A DNA stretch of 64,000 nt from NCBI GenBank assembly GCA_002269645.1, contig NIVC01001184.1, positions 278,540 through 342,539 on the forward strand, written 5' to 3'. This stretch comes from Macrostomum lignano. Lineage: Eukaryota. This document shows positions 61,615-64,000 of the stretch, one piece after another. Made by a program: the position numbers and the translations under genes. Positions within the stretch are counted from its first letter, which is position 1. Every line of letters starts with the position of its first letter. The notes beneath the pieces are model-generated. The model worked only from the letters and a program-made list of their open reading frames with translations, was not told the origin of the DNA and searched no databases.

Positions 61615-61629
61615 TTTCTTATAAAAAAT

Positions 61630-61962
61630 TTAGTCTTCGTCGTCATCCTCCCAAACAGCCGCCAATTTTACAGTCCTATCACTCTTTTTATTATTTGTTT
61701 GTTTTAGTTTAAATTGCAATCCACCCTCGTTGCAGTATTTCATAACAAACGCTTTAGGTTTATTAATAACTAAAACAGGAAAATTTTTAACATCATCTCC
61801 GCTTAGACATAAAATTTTTTGCCCATCTAATTGTAAAAATATTGATTGAAGCCCAATAAATTTAACCTGTCTCAAACATATAATATTATATTCTTTATTC
61901 TCCAACATATTGGGTGTGAGATAATTAATCACATTAGAATCGGTTTTGAACCAGCTCTCCAT
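61630..61962 (-). CDS. Hypothetical viral protein with acidic tail (possible ssDNA-binding protein)
   Basis: 110 aa, beta-rich pattern, ends AVWEDDDED. Confidence 0.5.
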   Translation of the reverse strand: MESWFKTDSNVINYLTPNMLENKEYNIICLRQVKFIGLQSIFLQLDGQKILCLSGDDVKNFPVLVINKPKAFVMKYCNEGGLQFKLKQTNNKKSDRTVKLAAVWEDDDED

Positions 61963-62020
61963 TTTTAATCTAAAAAAATAATAAAAAAATGAAAGACATT
62001 TACGATGTAATAAATGTAAT

Positions 62021-62464
62021 GTGACTATGCACAGAGGGCAAACAGCAAACGGAGATATATATCATATGTGTTATTCATGTTCTAAAATATATCAATTTGA
62101 AAAAACAAAAAAGATTGAAAACTCATATTACTATTTTAAAAACACAATTTTAAGAAATCTTACAAGAGACATTTCTGATCCAATTTTAATTCCCGGAAAT
62201 AATGTTTATTTATATAATAACTTTTTCCATTTAAATAAAGGAAAGGGATTAAGTTCGAAAGACTCTGAAAGGATTTTAATTTTAGTTGGATATTATTTCA
62301 ATTTTCTTATTCGAGAGAATACAAAGTTTATAAGGATAGGTAACATACCTAACGAAATGTTATTGAAAAAGTCATTGGAATTTTTATGTATTGATAAAAA
62401 ATTTAAACCTAATCAGAAGAGAGTTACCACTTTGGGAAGAATATATAACATATGCATTAAATAA
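62021..62464 (+). CDS. Hypothetical viral protein (147 aa)
   Basis: Open frame in AT-rich DNA with an N-terminal CxxC; no family recognised. Confidence 0.45.
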   Translation: MTMHRGQTANGDIYHMCYSCSKIYQFEKTKKIENSYYYFKNTILRNLTRDISDPILIPGNNVYLYNNFFHLNKGKGLSSKDSERILILVGYYFNFLIRENTKFIRIGNIPNEMLLKKSLEFLCIDKKFKPNQKRVTTLGRIYNICIK

Positions 62465-62484
62465 AACTAAAACAACAATTAAGT

Positions 62485-63133
62485 TCAACAACTAAGTTCT
62501 ACGCACTTCCTGACCGGGCTTTGTGCCCCAGTAGCAATAGTTTCAGGTTCGTAAATACCTAATGTTTCTATAGGTGGAGCTTTGGGTTTGTCCAAACGTA
62601 ATTCTTTTAATTCCATATCGGTAAAAGTTTCAACATCTAAAATTCTATTTCTATCTTTTAAATATTTTTCATATAATTCAACCGCGGTTGATAATTCATG
62701 AATCGTTATCTCTCCGTCATCCAATATTTTTTGCACATATAAATATAATTGATTTTTATATTGCTTGCAACATCTCTTAATGATTTATATTTTTCCTTTC
62801 TTTTTTTAAGATATAATTTAATTGCTAAAAGTATTGATAAGTTTCTGATCAATTCAAAACCTGATATTGAGCCAATTGAAATACCTAAAAATAATTGAGA
62901 TAAATTAAGAGTTGGAATAGATTGTAAAATACCTAAAACGATTACACATAACATTGATAAGCTTCCAAATCCAATATTGAAAAATCCATATTTCTTATAT
63001 GGTTTGAAACTCTTCTTACTTTTTTAGTATATAAATCATAATCATAATTTATTCGATCAACATTACTTAACATCTGACCTTTACGTTGGTTGAACCGGTC
63101 GCGTTCCCATTTATCTGCTTCAGATACCGACAT
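62485..63133 (-). pseudogene. Single transmembrane viral gene split into three ORFs by two 1-nt gaps
   Basis: Adding one base to the runs at 62980-62984 and 62753-62757 gives a 216-aa frame: charged N-terminus, two hydrophobic segments, then KKRKEKY...VQKILDDGEIT. This matches my recollection of a common polinton-associated membrane protein. Confidence 0.55.
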
Positions 63134-63446
63134 TCTCGTCTATTTTTAATAGCACCAAAATGAATTCCCCACGCTCTTTGGGGATTTGTCCCGAGCTTAA
63201 TAGGTATTGTATTGGAGTTATTCTTTCTTTTTTCTCCCATTTAAATCCTATTTTCCAAAACTCTTGAAGTATAATATGATTTTTTAATAACTTAATTAAT
63301 TCTTGAAGCTTCTTATTATCCTGAACATTTACAGTACTAAATAAAAATTTGGTATGAGATTTGAATGTTTTTATATTTGATTCTTGTTTAGGAATAGGAA
63401 TAATAACATTATTTTGCCGCATCGATGGAGTTCTACTAAAAGCCAT
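63120..63446 (-). CDS. Hypothetical viral protein (108 aa)
   Basis: ATG-initiated; overlaps the next gene by 14 nt. Confidence 0.5.
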   Translation of the reverse strand: MAFSRTPSMRQNNVIIPIPKQESNIKTFKSHTKFLFSTVNVQDNKKLQELIKLLKNHIILQEFWKIGFKWEKKERITPIQYLLSSGQIPKERGEFILVLLKIDENVGI

Positions 63447-63504
63447 TTATTATATAAATATTTATGTTTATCGCCCCATAGGTCGCAGCATTAGCTGATT
63501 TAAG

Positions 63505-63999
63505 TTATTTCGGTTTGTGGCCGTTCCAAATATGCGGTCGCAGCAAAATCATATCCTGCTGATGTGCTACCACAAACGGCTGCACACGAATAAAATGTGC
63601 AGCATCCGATCCTCCAGTTCGAGCACCAAAACCCATAAGAGTTCCCGTTTTATCTAAATCTCCCCAAGTTCCACTATCATATGTAAAAAAGTTTTGCCCA
63701 ATTAGCGTATATGTATTAGCTGATACATTGTATGTGCTTATTTGATACCAAACTCTTTGATTTAAAATATTAATTTCAAAAAGATGCCAATCGCCGTTAT
63801 CAATATTAGCATAGGTTATAGTTTGATCTGCGTCATTAAGAACATCATTACGACTGTTGCTCCGTCTGATTTTATATTGCCTCCAAACAACCCCAACTCT
63901 ATCATGCCATTCACTCGCAAACACAATCAAGCCGGCGCGGGTTGTTAACCCGGATCCAAATTCACTTGTTGGACGTTCGTGACAATATGCATAAAACCA
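63505..63999 (-). CDS. C-terminal part of a ConA/L-type-lectin-like protein (candidate fibre/receptor-binding protein)
   Basis: The frame is open to the window edge. NGDWHLFEI and MGFGARTGGSDAAHFI resemble L-lectin C-terminal strands (GFxAxTGG...H). Confidence 0.55.
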   Translation of the reverse strand, partial: WFYAYCHERPTSEFGSGLTTRAGLIVFASEWHDRVGVVWRQYKIRRSNSRNDVLNDADQTITYANIDNGDWHLFEINILNQRVWYQISTYNVSANTYTLIGQNFFTYDSGTWGDLDKTGTLMGFGARTGGSDAAHFIRVQPFVVAHQQDMILLRPHIWNGHKPK

Positions 64000-64000
64000 A

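Larger units (their letters stand above)
55290..64000. mobile_element. Endogenous Polinton/Maverick (adintovirus-like) element, left part; runs off the window
   Basis: AGTAGT terminus at 55290, an abrupt switch to dense, intronless, AT-rich ORFs, a protein-primed PolB and pX-like core proteins. Integrase, capsid, ATPase and protease are not seen within the window. Confidence 0.85.

Overview
Eukaryotic, intron-containing animal DNA. The source is most likely a free-living flatworm such as Macrostomum; this is inferred from the repeat-filled introns, the class I fumarase and the operon-like layout, and is not proven. (1) 0.3-25.6 kb is a run of + strand genes: LRR protein, TIMM9, TM-type RNase Z paralog 1, RCE1, TM-type RNase Z paralog 2, CCS and a DEG/ENaC channel. 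An ADAT3 gene is nested on the same strand inside CCS intron 2. Several of these genes have no usable genomic AUG but begin in frame exactly at a 3' splice acceptor, which fits a spliced-leader-donated AUG in a trans-spliced operon. (2) 27.9-47.4 kb is a convergent - strand run: class I Fe-S fumarate hydratase, DCAF7, an inserted DD37E Tc1-like transposon and GABA-B receptor 1. Most long introns and spacers carry their own minisatellite, and several MITE/SINE families are present. (3) 47.5-55.2 kb is AT-rich, with hAT debris. (4) 55.29 kb to the window end is an endogenous Polinton/adintovirus-like virus. It has an AGTAGT terminus with an internal inverted copy, adenovirus pX-like core proteins and a protein-primed PolB. 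It also encodes a lectin-like ORF and carries a family of GC-rich double-hairpin elements, two of them inserted in frame in polB and others at gene 3' ends. Gene identities come from motif recognition only; no database search was run.
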